From positions 64,001 to 128,000 of the forward strand of contig JAZKFH010000019.1 in assembly GCA_040386535.1 (NCBI GenBank): a stretch of 64,000 bases of DNA. The letters run 5' to 3'. Below, piece by piece: positions 30,960-39,866 of the stretch. Both the position numbers and the translations under genes were made by a program. The DNA is from Myxococcota bacterium (GTDB lineage: Bacteria; Myxococcota_A; UBA796; SXON01). How positions within the stretch are numbered: position 1 is the stretch's first letter; each line of letters begins with the position of its first letter. The notes beneath the pieces are model-generated. The model had not been told where the DNA came from and made no database searches. It worked only from the letters and a program-made list of their open reading frames with translations.

Positions 30960-32765
30960 ATGTCGCATCCCTCCGACCGCATCCGCAACTTCGCGATCAT
31001 CGCCCACATCGACCACGGCAAGAGCACGCTGGCCGACCGCCTGCTCCAGACCACGGGCACGGTGGAGGCTCGCGAGATGCGGGCCCAGTACATGGACAAG
31101 ATGGACATCGAGCGCGAGCGTGGCATCACCATCAAGGCGCAGACCGCCGCGATGAAGTGGACCGCGAAGGACGGTCAGGCCTATGTGCTCGATCTGATCG
31201 ACACACCGGGCCACGTCGACTTCGGGTACGAGGTCAGCCGTGCGCTTGCCGCGTGTGAGGGCGTGCTGCTCGTGATCGACGCCGTGCAGGGCATCGAGGC
31301 GCAGACGTTGGCCAACGTGTACCTCGCGATCGAGAACGACCTCGAGATCATCCCCGTGGTCAACAAGATCGATCTGCCCGGGGCGGACCCCGAGCGCGTG
31401 CTCCAGCAGCTCGAAGAGAACGTGGGCGTCGACATCACGAACGCTCAGTTCGTCTCGGCGAAGACGGGGGAGGGCATCCCCGACCTGCTCGAGGCCATCT
31501 GCAAGGCGATCCCGCCGCCCAAGGGCGACCGTGAGGCTCCGCTCCAGGCGCTCATCTTCGACTCGTGGTTCGACCCGTACGTGGGCGTCATCATCCTCGT
31601 GCGGGTGAAGCAGGGCACGCTCCGCAAGGGCGAGAAGATCAAGTTCATGGCGACGCTCACCCCCTACGAGGTGCTGAAGGTCGGCGTGTTCTCGCCCGAG
31701 GCCATCGAGCGCCCCGAGCTCGCCGCGGGCGAGGTGGGCTACATCATCGCGAACGTGAAGACGTTGTCCGACGCGAAGGTGGGCGACACGGTCACCCACT
31801 TCCTCCGGCCGGCGCCCGAGGCGCTCCCCGGGTTCAAGGACGTGAAACCGATGGTGTTCTCGGGCATCTTCCCGACGGACTCCGCCGCGTACGACGACCT
31901 GCGCACCTCCCTCGAGAAGCTGCGTCTGAACGACGTGTCGTTCAACTACGAGCCGGAGACCTCCGACGCGCTCGGCTTCGGCTTCCGCTGCGGTTTTCTC
32001 GGCCTCCTCCACATGGAGGTCATCCACGATCGGCTGGAGCGCGAGTACAACCTCGACCTCATCACCACGGCCCCGTCCGTCGTGTACGAAGTGCGCTTGC
32101 GCAACGGCGAGCGCCTCCAGATCCACAGCCCCTCGAAGCTCCCGCCGCTCGGCCAGGTCGAAGCCATCGAGGAGCCGATCGCGAAGCTCACGGTCCACGT
32201 GCCCGAGGCCTACGTCGGCAACGTCCTGAAGCTCTGCGAAGACCGCCGCGGCAACCAGCAGAAGTTCGAGTACGCCGGCCCAGGCCGCGTGATCCTCACC
32301 TACGAGATCCCCTACGCCGAGGTCGTGTTCGACTTCTTCGACCGTCTCAAGTCGATCTCGCGCGGCTACGCGTCGATGGACTACGAGATCGTGCGGTGGG
32401 AAGAGGCCGATCTGGTCAAGCTCGACATCCTCCTCAACGGGGAGGCGGTCGACGCGTTGTCGAACATGTGTCACCGCTCGGTGAGCCACCACAAGGGGCA
32501 CGCCCTCGCGACCAAGCTGAAGGACTTCATCCCCCGCCAGATGTTCGACGTGGCGATCCAGGCCGCGATCGGCGTGAAGGTGGTGGCGCGCACCACGGTC
32601 AAGGCGATGCGCAAGGACGTGACCGCCAAGTGTTACGGCGGCGACATCTCCCGCAAGCGCAAGCTGCTCGACAAGCAGAAAGAGGGGAAGAAGCGGATGA
32701 AGTCGGTCGGGAGCGTCGAGGTGCCCCAGGAGGCCTTCCTCGCCGTGCTCCGGCTCGACGAGTAG
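30960..32765 (+). CDS. lepA: Elongation factor 4
   Basis: [53 protein letters not shown]. Confidence 0.98.
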   Translation: MSHPSDRIRNFAIIAHIDHGKSTLADRLLQTTGTVEAREMRAQYMDKMDIERERGITIKAQTAAMKWTAKDGQAYVLDLIDTPGHVDFGYEVSRALAACEGVLLVIDAVQGIEAQTLANVYLAIENDLEIIPVVNKIDLPGADPERVLQQLEENVGVDITNAQFVSAKTGEGIPDLLEAICKAIPPPKGDREAPLQALIFDSWFDPYVGVIILVRVKQGTLRKGEKIKFMATLTPYEVLKVGVFSPEAIERPELAAGEVGYIIANVKTLSDAKVGDTVTHFLRPAPEALPGFKDVKPMVFSGIFPTDSAAYDDLRTSLEKLRLNDVSFNYEPETSDALGFGFRCGFLGLLHMEVIHDRLEREYNLDLITTAPSVVYEVRLRNGERLQIHSPSKLPPLGQVEAIEEPIAKLTVHVPEAYVGNVLKLCEDRRGNQQKFEYAGPGRVILTYEIPYAEVVFDFFDRLKSISRGYASMDYEIVRWEEADLVKLDILLNGEAVDALSNMCHRSVSHHKGHALATKLKDFIPRQMFDVAIQAAIGVKVVARTTVKAMRKDVTAKCYGGDISRKRKLLDKQKEGKKRMKSVGSVEVPQEAFLAVLRLDE

Positions 32766-32780
32766 CTCGGGGCCCTTCCT

Positions 32781-33623
32781 TCAGCCCCGGTCGCCCGCCG
32801 AGAGCCGGCGCAAGCGCTCGAGCGCACGCTGCTCCTCCAGGCGGATGCGGTCGGACAGGTCGCGCAGCTCCGGGTGAGCGGCGCCGCGTGCGCCGATCGT
32901 GGCCCCGGCGAGCGCCCGTTGGTGCATCGGCGCCAGCGCCTCCGCGGCGGCCCGCACGTCGACAGGGCCGGCCTCCAGCAGCGCGACGCGCTCGTCCACG
33001 CCGGCGAGCAGGCGGGCCTCGTCCTGGGAGCTCGTCGTGGCCGGCGCCGCGGCACCATCGACCTCCCCGGCGCGGCCCATGTCGATCTCCTGCCCCTCGG
33101 GCAGCCGCGCGCTGGCGTTGCGCTCGACGATCGCGGGCTTGCTCGCGTCGGGATCGCCCCCCTCCGCGAGCTGGCCCTGCGCCGGAGCCGTGGCGCGCGG
33201 GTCCTTCCCGCCCGTGCGGTCCAGCGCCGCGGGGCCCTGCCGGGCGGCGAGGTCGCGGGAGGTGGGCCCGAGCTCGGTCAGCGTGGGCGCGGAGGTGAGG
33301 GTGACGGGCGGCGCGTCTGGGAACCAGCGTGCCCGGAAGGCGCCGAGCTCGTCGCGCCACCGACGTGCGGCGGCGCGCTCGTCCTCGGCGTAGGCCCGCA
33401 GGGCGGGGTCGTTCGTTCGGGTGGCGACCGCGTTGCTGAGGCGCTCGGTCAGCTGCATCTGGACGAGGAGGAAGTCGAGCAGCCCCTGGTCCCACTCGAC
33501 CGTCTGTGCGAGGCCGGGGGCCGCGGGGCCCGTGGGAGAGGGCTCGCGGGCCGTCTCCGTGTCGGAGGGCCCACACGCCGACACGATCAGCACCATCGCC
33601 ATCCACAGAGGTGTCGTCCGCAT
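32781..33623 (-). CDS. Lipoprotein with two DUF305/ferritin-like helical halves
   Basis: Lipobox VSAC. Helical segments TNDPALRAYAE and AAHPELRDLSDRI. SD GGAGG. Confidence 0.55.
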   Translation of the reverse strand: MRTTPLWMAMVLIVSACGPSDTETAREPSPTGPAAPGLAQTVEWDQGLLDFLLVQMQLTERLSNAVATRTNDPALRAYAEDERAAARRWRDELGAFRARWFPDAPPVTLTSAPTLTELGPTSRDLAARQGPAALDRTGGKDPRATAPAQGQLAEGGDPDASKPAIVERNASARLPEGQEIDMGRAGEVDGAAAPATTSSQDEARLLAGVDERVALLEAGPVDVRAAAEALAPMHQRALAGATIGARGAAHPELRDLSDRIRLEEQRALERLRRLSAGDRG

Positions 33624-33693
33624 CTGCCCTCCCTGCCGTGTCGTTAGCCACCGCCACGTCCACGTCTGTCACCCGCCCGCCCGTGGACAGGCC

Positions 33694-33721
33694 TTGACCC
33701 CGGGGGCCCCGACACTAGCTC
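33694..33721 (+). promoter_or_regulatory. Putative sigma70-type promoter for the 33746 gene
   Basis: TTGACC-16 nt-TAGCTC, followed by SD AGGAGG. Confidence 0.3.
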
Positions 33722-33745
33722 ATCCATGAGAACAGGAGGCGTTCG

Positions 33746-34288
33746 ATGAGGGGCTTTGGCGTGATGGCCGCGTGCCTGCCAGGGATGCTCGCCGGGTGCA
33801 CGGGCGAGGTGGACGTGTACCTGGTCGACCGTTCGGTGGAGCCGCTCGGCGGTGAGCTCGCCATCGAAGAGCTGCTCCTGCCGCTGGACCGGGTGGAGGC
33901 GATGCGGGACGGCGGGTGGGTGGCGCTGGCGCGCGGGCCCGATCCGTACAACCTGCTCGACTTCTCGGGCGAGCCCGGCGTGATCGACCTGGTCACGCTG
34001 CGCGACACCCCCGCACGCGTCGCCCACGACGAGATCGCGGTGGGTCCGATCTCGGCGCTCCGCCTGGTGCTGATGCCGGGCGAGGACTTCGTGATCGAGA
34101 CCTCGAACGGCGTGACCCACCCGCTCACCGTGGCGCCGGACGCGGCGTGGCGGGTCGACCTCTCGCTGGAGGTCGGCGGTGACCTGGCCGCGTCGCAGAC
34201 CTTCGATCTACACGTGCGGGACGCGATCGTCCTCGAGGAGGACGGGACGTGGAGCTTCGCGCCGACGTTGGAGCCGGTCGAGGAGTGA
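33746..34288 (+). CDS. Lipoprotein, DUF4382-like
   Basis: Lipobox LAGC, YNLLDF, ISALRLVL, HPLTV, C-terminal FAPTL. Confidence 0.55.
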   Translation: MRGFGVMAACLPGMLAGCTGEVDVYLVDRSVEPLGGELAIEELLLPLDRVEAMRDGGWVALARGPDPYNLLDFSGEPGVIDLVTLRDTPARVAHDEIAVGPISALRLVLMPGEDFVIETSNGVTHPLTVAPDAAWRVDLSLEVGGDLAASQTFDLHVRDAIVLEEDGTWSFAPTLEPVEE

Positions 34289-34303
34289 CCGCGGCGTGCC
34301 GAC

Positions 34304-35437
34304 TCACGACGGCGGCGGCGTCGGCGTGGTCGGCAGCGTCTCGTGGACGGGGAGATCGAGCTCGGGCGGCGAGCCGGTGTCGCTCACCTCGATGCCGGCG
34401 TACGCGGCCACCGCCGGCCACGCATCCATCAGCGCGATGAAGACGGCCGCCAGGATGGGCCCCACGAACGCGCCGAAGATGCCGAACGTGGCGATGCCCC
34501 CGAAGATGGCGAGGAGGCTGACCATCGGATGCATCTGCTGGCGCCCCTGCAAGACCGCGGGGCGCACGATGTTGTCGACCACCCCGGCGACACACCCCGC
34601 GGCGAAGAGGGCGAGCGCGAACCACGGACCACGCTCGAACCAGAGCCAAACGATTCCGGTGAGGTACACGGGCGCCACCCCGAGCATGGGCACCCACGCG
34701 AAGATGAACGCGAGCCCCGCCGCGACGTAGGCGGCGGGTACGCCGAGCGCGAGGAAGCTGATCAGCGTCACGATGGTCTGGGCGCCGGCGGCGGCCAGGG
34801 ACGCGAGGACCACGGCGCCGGCGCTCTCACGGAAGGAGAGCTGGAGCACCTCGAGGATCTGCGGGGGCAGCGGCACCTTGCCGGAGAGCCACACGACGAA
34901 GCGGCGCCCGTCCACGAGGAAGAAGTAGCAGGCGAGCAGCCCCAGGCCGGCGTGGAGCAGGAGCTCCGGCACCTGGGCGAGCGCCGCGAGCACGAGGTTG
35001 GTCACCGTCGTGGCGGCGCGGCCGAGGCCCTCCTGGAGCTGCTCTTCGAGCGCGCCGGGGTTGGCGAGCAGGCGGCGCAGGGGGCCCCACTCGCGGAGCC
35101 GCGCGATGTGGGCGTCGATGTCGAGGACACCCGTGCTGGCGAGGGCCCCGGGCAGCGCCGCCGCCTCCTGGAGCGCCGCCCAGACGAACAGCGAGGTCGG
35201 CGTGACCACGAGCGTGAAGATGGCGAAGGTGACGAGCCCGCTCGCGAGGCCCGGCCGGAGCCCGCGGCGACGGAGACGCCGGTAGATCGGGTCGGCGATG
35301 ACCGCGACGATGCCCGCGAGGAGCAGCGTGAGCGCGTACGGGAGCAGGAGGAAGAGGACGGGCACGCCGACCGCGAGCAGGAGCAGGAGGAACGCGTAGA
35401 GCGTGGTTCGCCGCTCGCGCTCGCGGGGGGTTGCCAT
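34304..35437 (-). CDS. AI-2E family transporter
   Basis: Multiple TM helices, YFFLVDG, VDNIVRP, IFGGIATFGIFGAFVGP. Confidence 0.9.
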   Translation of the reverse strand: MATPRERERRTTLYAFLLLLLAVGVPVLFLLLPYALTLLLAGIVAVIADPIYRRLRRRGLRPGLASGLVTFAIFTLVVTPTSLFVWAALQEAAALPGALASTGVLDIDAHIARLREWGPLRRLLANPGALEEQLQEGLGRAATTVTNLVLAALAQVPELLLHAGLGLLACYFFLVDGRRFVVWLSGKVPLPPQILEVLQLSFRESAGAVVLASLAAAGAQTIVTLISFLALGVPAAYVAAGLAFIFAWVPMLGVAPVYLTGIVWLWFERGPWFALALFAAGCVAGVVDNIVRPAVLQGRQQMHPMVSLLAIFGGIATFGIFGAFVGPILAAVFIALMDAWPAVAAYAGIEVSDTGSPPELDLPVHETLPTTPTPPPS

Positions 35438-35527
35438 GCTTCCAACGTAGGCATGCGGGGCATCGCGGGTGCCTGCATCGACGGGGGCGTGGGCGCGTTG
35501 TACCGTGCGCGCGTCCCGGAGCTCCCG

Positions 35528-37066
35528 ATGCGCCTTGTCCCCCTCTTCGCCCTCCTCGCCTGCACGGGCCCCAAGGACCCCGCCGACGACACCGCCCCCG
35601 TCGAGGAGACCGCCGCGCCCGACACGGAGGAGACCGCCATCGAGACGGGCGACTCCTCGCCCCCGGTCGAGACCGGCGAGACCGCGGAGACGGACGAGCC
35701 CTTCATCGACAATGACGGCGACGGCGTGTCGCCCGACTTCGGAGACTGCAACGACGCCGACCCGCTCGTGTACGCGGGCGCGCCGGACGTGGTGTGTGAC
35801 GGCGTGGACGCCGACTGTGACGGCGTGGGGGTGGCGGACGCGTTCGTCAACGGCGAGAGGCGCCACGTCGATCTCGCGACCGCCTTGGCCGGCGCCGTCG
35901 ACGGCGACACGATCGACGTGTGCCCGGGCATCTGGGTGCAGAACGTCACCCTGGACACCCCGATGACGCTGACGTTGCGGGGCTGGTCGGGCACCAACGC
36001 CGACACGGAGCTCGACGGCGGCAGCCTGGGCCCGGTGCTGACGATCGGGCCCGGCGTGAACCTGACGATCGAGGACCTCGGGCTCGTCAACGGCGTCGCC
36101 ACCTGGCAGGACGAGGACGTGGAGCAGAGCGGCGGCGCCATCTGGGCGGACGACGCGTTCCTGACCCTGCGGCGCGCGCGCTTCACCAACAACACCTCCC
36201 AGGACATCGGCGGTGGCGTCGCCATCCGCCTCGGGGACCCCGCGTCGGGCCTCGTGGTCGAGGCGTGCGACTTCACCGACAACCGCGCGTCGAGCAGCGG
36301 CGGCGCGATCGCGGTGCTGGGGAGCGGCGCGGTCACCATCACCGACACGACGTTCACCTCGAACCGCGCGCCGAACCAGGGCGGCGCCGTGCACCTCGAC
36401 GGGGCCCCCCTCACCACGACCGTGACGGACTGCGCGTTCGTGGAGAACTCCACGAGCGGGCGGCGGGGCACGGGCGGGGCGATCGCGGGCGAGGGGGACG
36501 AGGTGAGCCTCATCGTCACCGGCACCACGTTCTCGAGCAACACGAGCGGCGCGGATGGCGCGGCCATCGGAATGTTGGCGACCCGCTCGTCCATGTTCCT
36601 CGACAGCGACACGTTCTCGGCGAACAGCGCCACGGACGGCGGCGGCGCCGTCCAGGTCGACTCCGAGGCGATGGATCTGGAGCTCGTCTCCTGCTTGTTC
36701 GACGGCAACCTCGCCAGCACGCAGGGCGGCGCCGTGGAGCTCATGGGCGGAGGCACCGCCGTGTTCGACACGGTCACGACCACGAACAACTCGGGCGGCA
36801 ACGCCGGCGGCGCCTACTACCTCGACGAGGGTGACGGGCTCACGCTCGTGCTCGTGCTGGACGGCGGCGGGGTGACCACCAACCGCGCGGGCATCGGCGG
36901 CGGGGGCGGCGTCTACTCGACCGGGGCCCGCGTGGAGGCCACCACCGTGGACTTCGGCGCCGACGCCGCCACCAACAGCCCCGAGGACGTGTACGGCTGC
37001 GCCTCCAACTTCACGACCAGCGCGACGTTCGTGTTCGACGAGTCGATCGGGGCGCTCTGTCAGTAG
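35528..37066 (+). CDS. Lipoprotein with a DCND metal-binding repeat and Pmp-like GGAI/FxxN beta-helix repeats
   Basis: LLAC lipobox, DNDGDG..DCNDADP..CDGVDADCDG, repeated FTNN..GGAI. Confidence 0.85.
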   Translation: MRLVPLFALLACTGPKDPADDTAPVEETAAPDTEETAIETGDSSPPVETGETAETDEPFIDNDGDGVSPDFGDCNDADPLVYAGAPDVVCDGVDADCDGVGVADAFVNGERRHVDLATALAGAVDGDTIDVCPGIWVQNVTLDTPMTLTLRGWSGTNADTELDGGSLGPVLTIGPGVNLTIEDLGLVNGVATWQDEDVEQSGGAIWADDAFLTLRRARFTNNTSQDIGGGVAIRLGDPASGLVVEACDFTDNRASSSGGAIAVLGSGAVTITDTTFTSNRAPNQGGAVHLDGAPLTTTVTDCAFVENSTSGRRGTGGAIAGEGDEVSLIVTGTTFSSNTSGADGAAIGMLATRSSMFLDSDTFSANSATDGGGAVQVDSEAMDLELVSCLFDGNLASTQGGAVELMGGGTAVFDTVTTTNNSGGNAGGAYYLDEGDGLTLVLVLDGGGVTTNRAGIGGGGGVYSTGARVEATTVDFGADAATNSPEDVYGCASNFTTSATFVFDESIGALCQ

Positions 37067-37081
37067 GAGGCGGCGGAGGAC

Positions 37082-38992
37082 CTACTCCAGCACCGTGAGC
37101 CCCGCGTACACGTGCTTCGGCAGTGGCCGGCGCGGCCGACGGTCCACCCCCTCGACCAGGATCCGCGCGGTGTCGTCGTCGCAGGCCCAGCCGGGGAGCG
37201 GCAGGCGGGTCGGGCCGCGGACGACCACCGTGGACACGGGCCCGCCGCAGCTCCACCGCACGTTGACGAGCTGCCCGTCGTCCGCGAGGGGCTCCGCGGC
37301 GAGGAGGAGCGCGAGGCCGGCCGCTTCGGCGCGCGGGAGCGGGCGCCCGGTCTGCCGCAGAGGCGCGACGGGCTCCGCGGCCGCGTTGATGTCGAAAGGC
37401 GCGAAGAGCGCGTACGGGAGGGCTTCGAGGAGCCGGTCCGCGGGGAAGCGGCGCGTGGCCTCGTCCGCGACCCGCGCGGCGTCCACGAGGCGGCCTCGCC
37501 GTGCGAGGTCGAGCGCGTGGTACCAGGTGACGGGCCCCTGCGAGGGGTACCGCGCGTGGAGCGCCGCCCAGCGTGCGCCCACCTGCTCGGGGGTCGGGCG
37601 CTCCGTCGTGAGGCGGAATTGCAGCGCCGTGCCTTGTGGATAGGTGACGGGCTGGGCGGACGGCAGGCGCACCCAGGGCACGGGGCGGGCGAAGACGTCG
37701 TCGCCGTACTTCATCCGGCGCACGAGGGCGGGTGCGCCGGCGCCGCTCAAACGCGCGCGCAGGGGGGCGTCGGCCGCCTCGGGCTCGAGCCAGGCCTGCG
37801 CGATCTGGCGGTCGGTGAGGCCCACGAGGTCGATGATGCGCACGCCGACGACGTTGCCGGGCATGCCGACGTCTTCGAGCACCACGCCGCCGTTCCAGGG
37901 GGCGCCGTCCACAATCCAGGTCACGTCCTCGAGCTGCGTGGTGTCCAGCGCGGTGCGGAACCACCGCAGGGGTGTCATCAGGTCGCGCACGTCCCGCAAC
38001 GCGATCCCTTCGAGGGTGACGCTGGGCGGGACGAGCGACCCGGCGCACCCGACGATGGCGAGGAGGCCGACGAGGGGGGCCCGCCCGAGCCGACGCGGCT
38101 GCTCGACGGAGGCGGCCCATGCCACCACCGTGGCGCAAACCCCCGGCAGCAGGTGCCGCCCGTGGCCCATCCAGTCGGCCTCGGCGTTGAGCTCGACCGC
38201 GCACTGGACGAGGAACGGGATGAGCGCGAGCGGGCGGAGCGGGAAGGCCACGATCAGCACGGCGCCGATGCCGGTGAGCGTGAGCAGCTCCCAGCCCCAC
38301 TGGCCCCACTGCGGGCCGAACGGATCGGTGGCGGCCACCTTCACGAGGTAGGGCGTCGGGAGGAAGTGTCCGTAGTAGCCGACGCGGAGGAGGTGGTAGG
38401 CGGCGAGCGCGAGTCCGGTCCCCATGACCACGCGGCGCGCTCGGCTCTCTCCGCGCACCAGCAGGAGCACGGCGCCGAGGGCGAAGTGGGCGTTGCCCTC
38501 GGGGTGCGCGGTCGCGGCCAGCAAGAGGGCGCCGAGGCCCACCAACGGCTCCGCCGGGCGCGCGAGGACGCACGTCCACCCCACGGTCAGGAGCAGCGCG
38601 AACAACGTGGTCTCCATGCCTACGAAGCTCCACCACGCGAGCGGCTCCCACGTGACCAGCGCGGCGAGGAGAAGGAGCCCCGCGGCGCTCCGGGGGACCC
38701 GGGTGGCCGCGAACACCACGATGGCGCAGCCGCAGAGGACCGCGAGCCGCTTCACGAACAGGTTCGCGTCGTCACCGCCGAGCGCGATCCAGGCCGTGGC
38801 CAGGGTGAGCTGCAGGAAGCTGGAGCACGCCTCGACGATCTCGCCGGTGCCCCACCGCGGCAGGCCCGTGGCGGCCCACTCGTGGGCGAACGCGAGCGTG
38901 ATCAGCTGGTCGTCGATCTGTTGGGGCCAAGCCGGCGCGCCCAGGCACACGAGCACCGCGACGGCCAGCAGGGGGAGGACGCGCCAGGACAC
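37082..38992 (-). CDS. Membrane GT-C type glycosyltransferase-like protein
   Basis: IDDQLIT..A...A...G....VEA.SS, GMETTLF, YYGHFLP.PY.VK, IIDLVGLTD, many TM helices. Confidence 0.7.
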   Translation of the reverse strand: MSWRVLPLLAVAVLVCLGAPAWPQQIDDQLITLAFAHEWAATGLPRWGTGEIVEACSSFLQLTLATAWIALGGDDANLFVKRLAVLCGCAIVVFAATRVPRSAAGLLLLAALVTWEPLAWWSFVGMETTLFALLLTVGWTCVLARPAEPLVGLGALLLAATAHPEGNAHFALGAVLLLVRGESRARRVVMGTGLALAAYHLLRVGYYGHFLPTPYLVKVAATDPFGPQWGQWGWELLTLTGIGAVLIVAFPLRPLALIPFLVQCAVELNAEADWMGHGRHLLPGVCATVVAWAASVEQPRRLGRAPLVGLLAIVGCAGSLVPPSVTLEGIALRDVRDLMTPLRWFRTALDTTQLEDVTWIVDGAPWNGGVVLEDVGMPGNVVGVRIIDLVGLTDRQIAQAWLEPEAADAPLRARLSGAGAPALVRRMKYGDDVFARPVPWVRLPSAQPVTYPQGTALQFRLTTERPTPEQVGARWAALHARYPSQGPVTWYHALDLARRGRLVDAARVADEATRRFPADRLLEALPYALFAPFDINAAAEPVAPLRQTGRPLPRAEAAGLALLLAAEPLADDGQLVNVRWSCGGPVSTVVVRGPTRLPLPGWACDDDTARILVEGVDRRPRRPLPKHVYAGLTVLE

Positions 38993-39073
38993 GGGCGGCG
39001 CCGTAACGGCGTCGGGAACGGAGGGCGACAGGAGAGTCGAGGCCGTTTAAGGCCCTGGAGCCCCGGAGCCCCG

Positions 39074-39751
39074 ATGCCGATCCTCCTGCTCTCCCGCCCG
39101 CGTCCGCTCACCTCCGCCGAGATCCGGCTCCTGCCGAAAGGCTGCGTCGCGACAGATGGCGCCGGGGGGTTGGTCGCGCGTGCCGATCTCGACCTGCCGC
39201 TCGCGGCCCTGCTCGGGTACGCCGTCGCGATGGGGCGCGCCGTGCCCGACGCGTTCTTCGGGGTGCAGGAGCACGCCGCCGCGCCGGTCGTCGACACGGG
39301 CGCCCCCGCCCCTGACGGTACGCGCGCTGTCGCGGTGCCCCCACCCGCCGCCGCGCCGGCCGCCGCGCCGCCGGAAGAGACCATCACGGAGACCGACCCG
39401 TGGAAGCTGGTCGACGCGGGCAAGGTCGCCGAGGCCGAACGCGTGTTCGCGTCGGGCAACGGCCTCGATCCCGCGGGGCGCGATCGCTGTCGCCGGCTGC
39501 AGTCCAGCGGCGATCCGGAGGAGGTGGCGCTCGGCTGCCGCATCGCGCGCCTCACCAACTGGAAGTCCATCGTGGTGAACCTGCGCCCGCTGCTCAAGCA
39601 CGCCCACCCGGCCGTGCGGCGGGACGCCGCGGAGGCGATTGGCGCCCTGGCGGGCCCCTCCATGGCGGCCACGGTGCGGCTGCTCATCAACGATCCGGAC
39701 GCCGAGGTCAAGGCTGCCGCCGTCGCGGCGCTGGCACGTTTGGGAGGGTGA
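39074..39751 (+). CDS. HEAT-repeat protein
   Basis: LLKHAHPAVRRDAAEAIG and LINDPDAEVKAAAVAAL. GGAG upstream. Confidence 0.75.
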   Translation: MPILLLSRPRPLTSAEIRLLPKGCVATDGAGGLVARADLDLPLAALLGYAVAMGRAVPDAFFGVQEHAAAPVVDTGAPAPDGTRAVAVPPPAAAPAAAPPEETITETDPWKLVDAGKVAEAERVFASGNGLDPAGRDRCRRLQSSGDPEEVALGCRIARLTNWKSIVVNLRPLLKHAHPAVRRDAAEAIGALAGPSMAATVRLLINDPDAEVKAAAVAALARLGG

Positions 39752-39866
39752 CACCTGTCACCGAGGACGACTCGGTGACACCGCCGGCGCGGTTTCGGCC
39801 GCTTCGTTGCGCTGCGTTCATCGTGCGGATACCCGATCCGCTCGAGCCAAAGCGAGACACGTGCCA

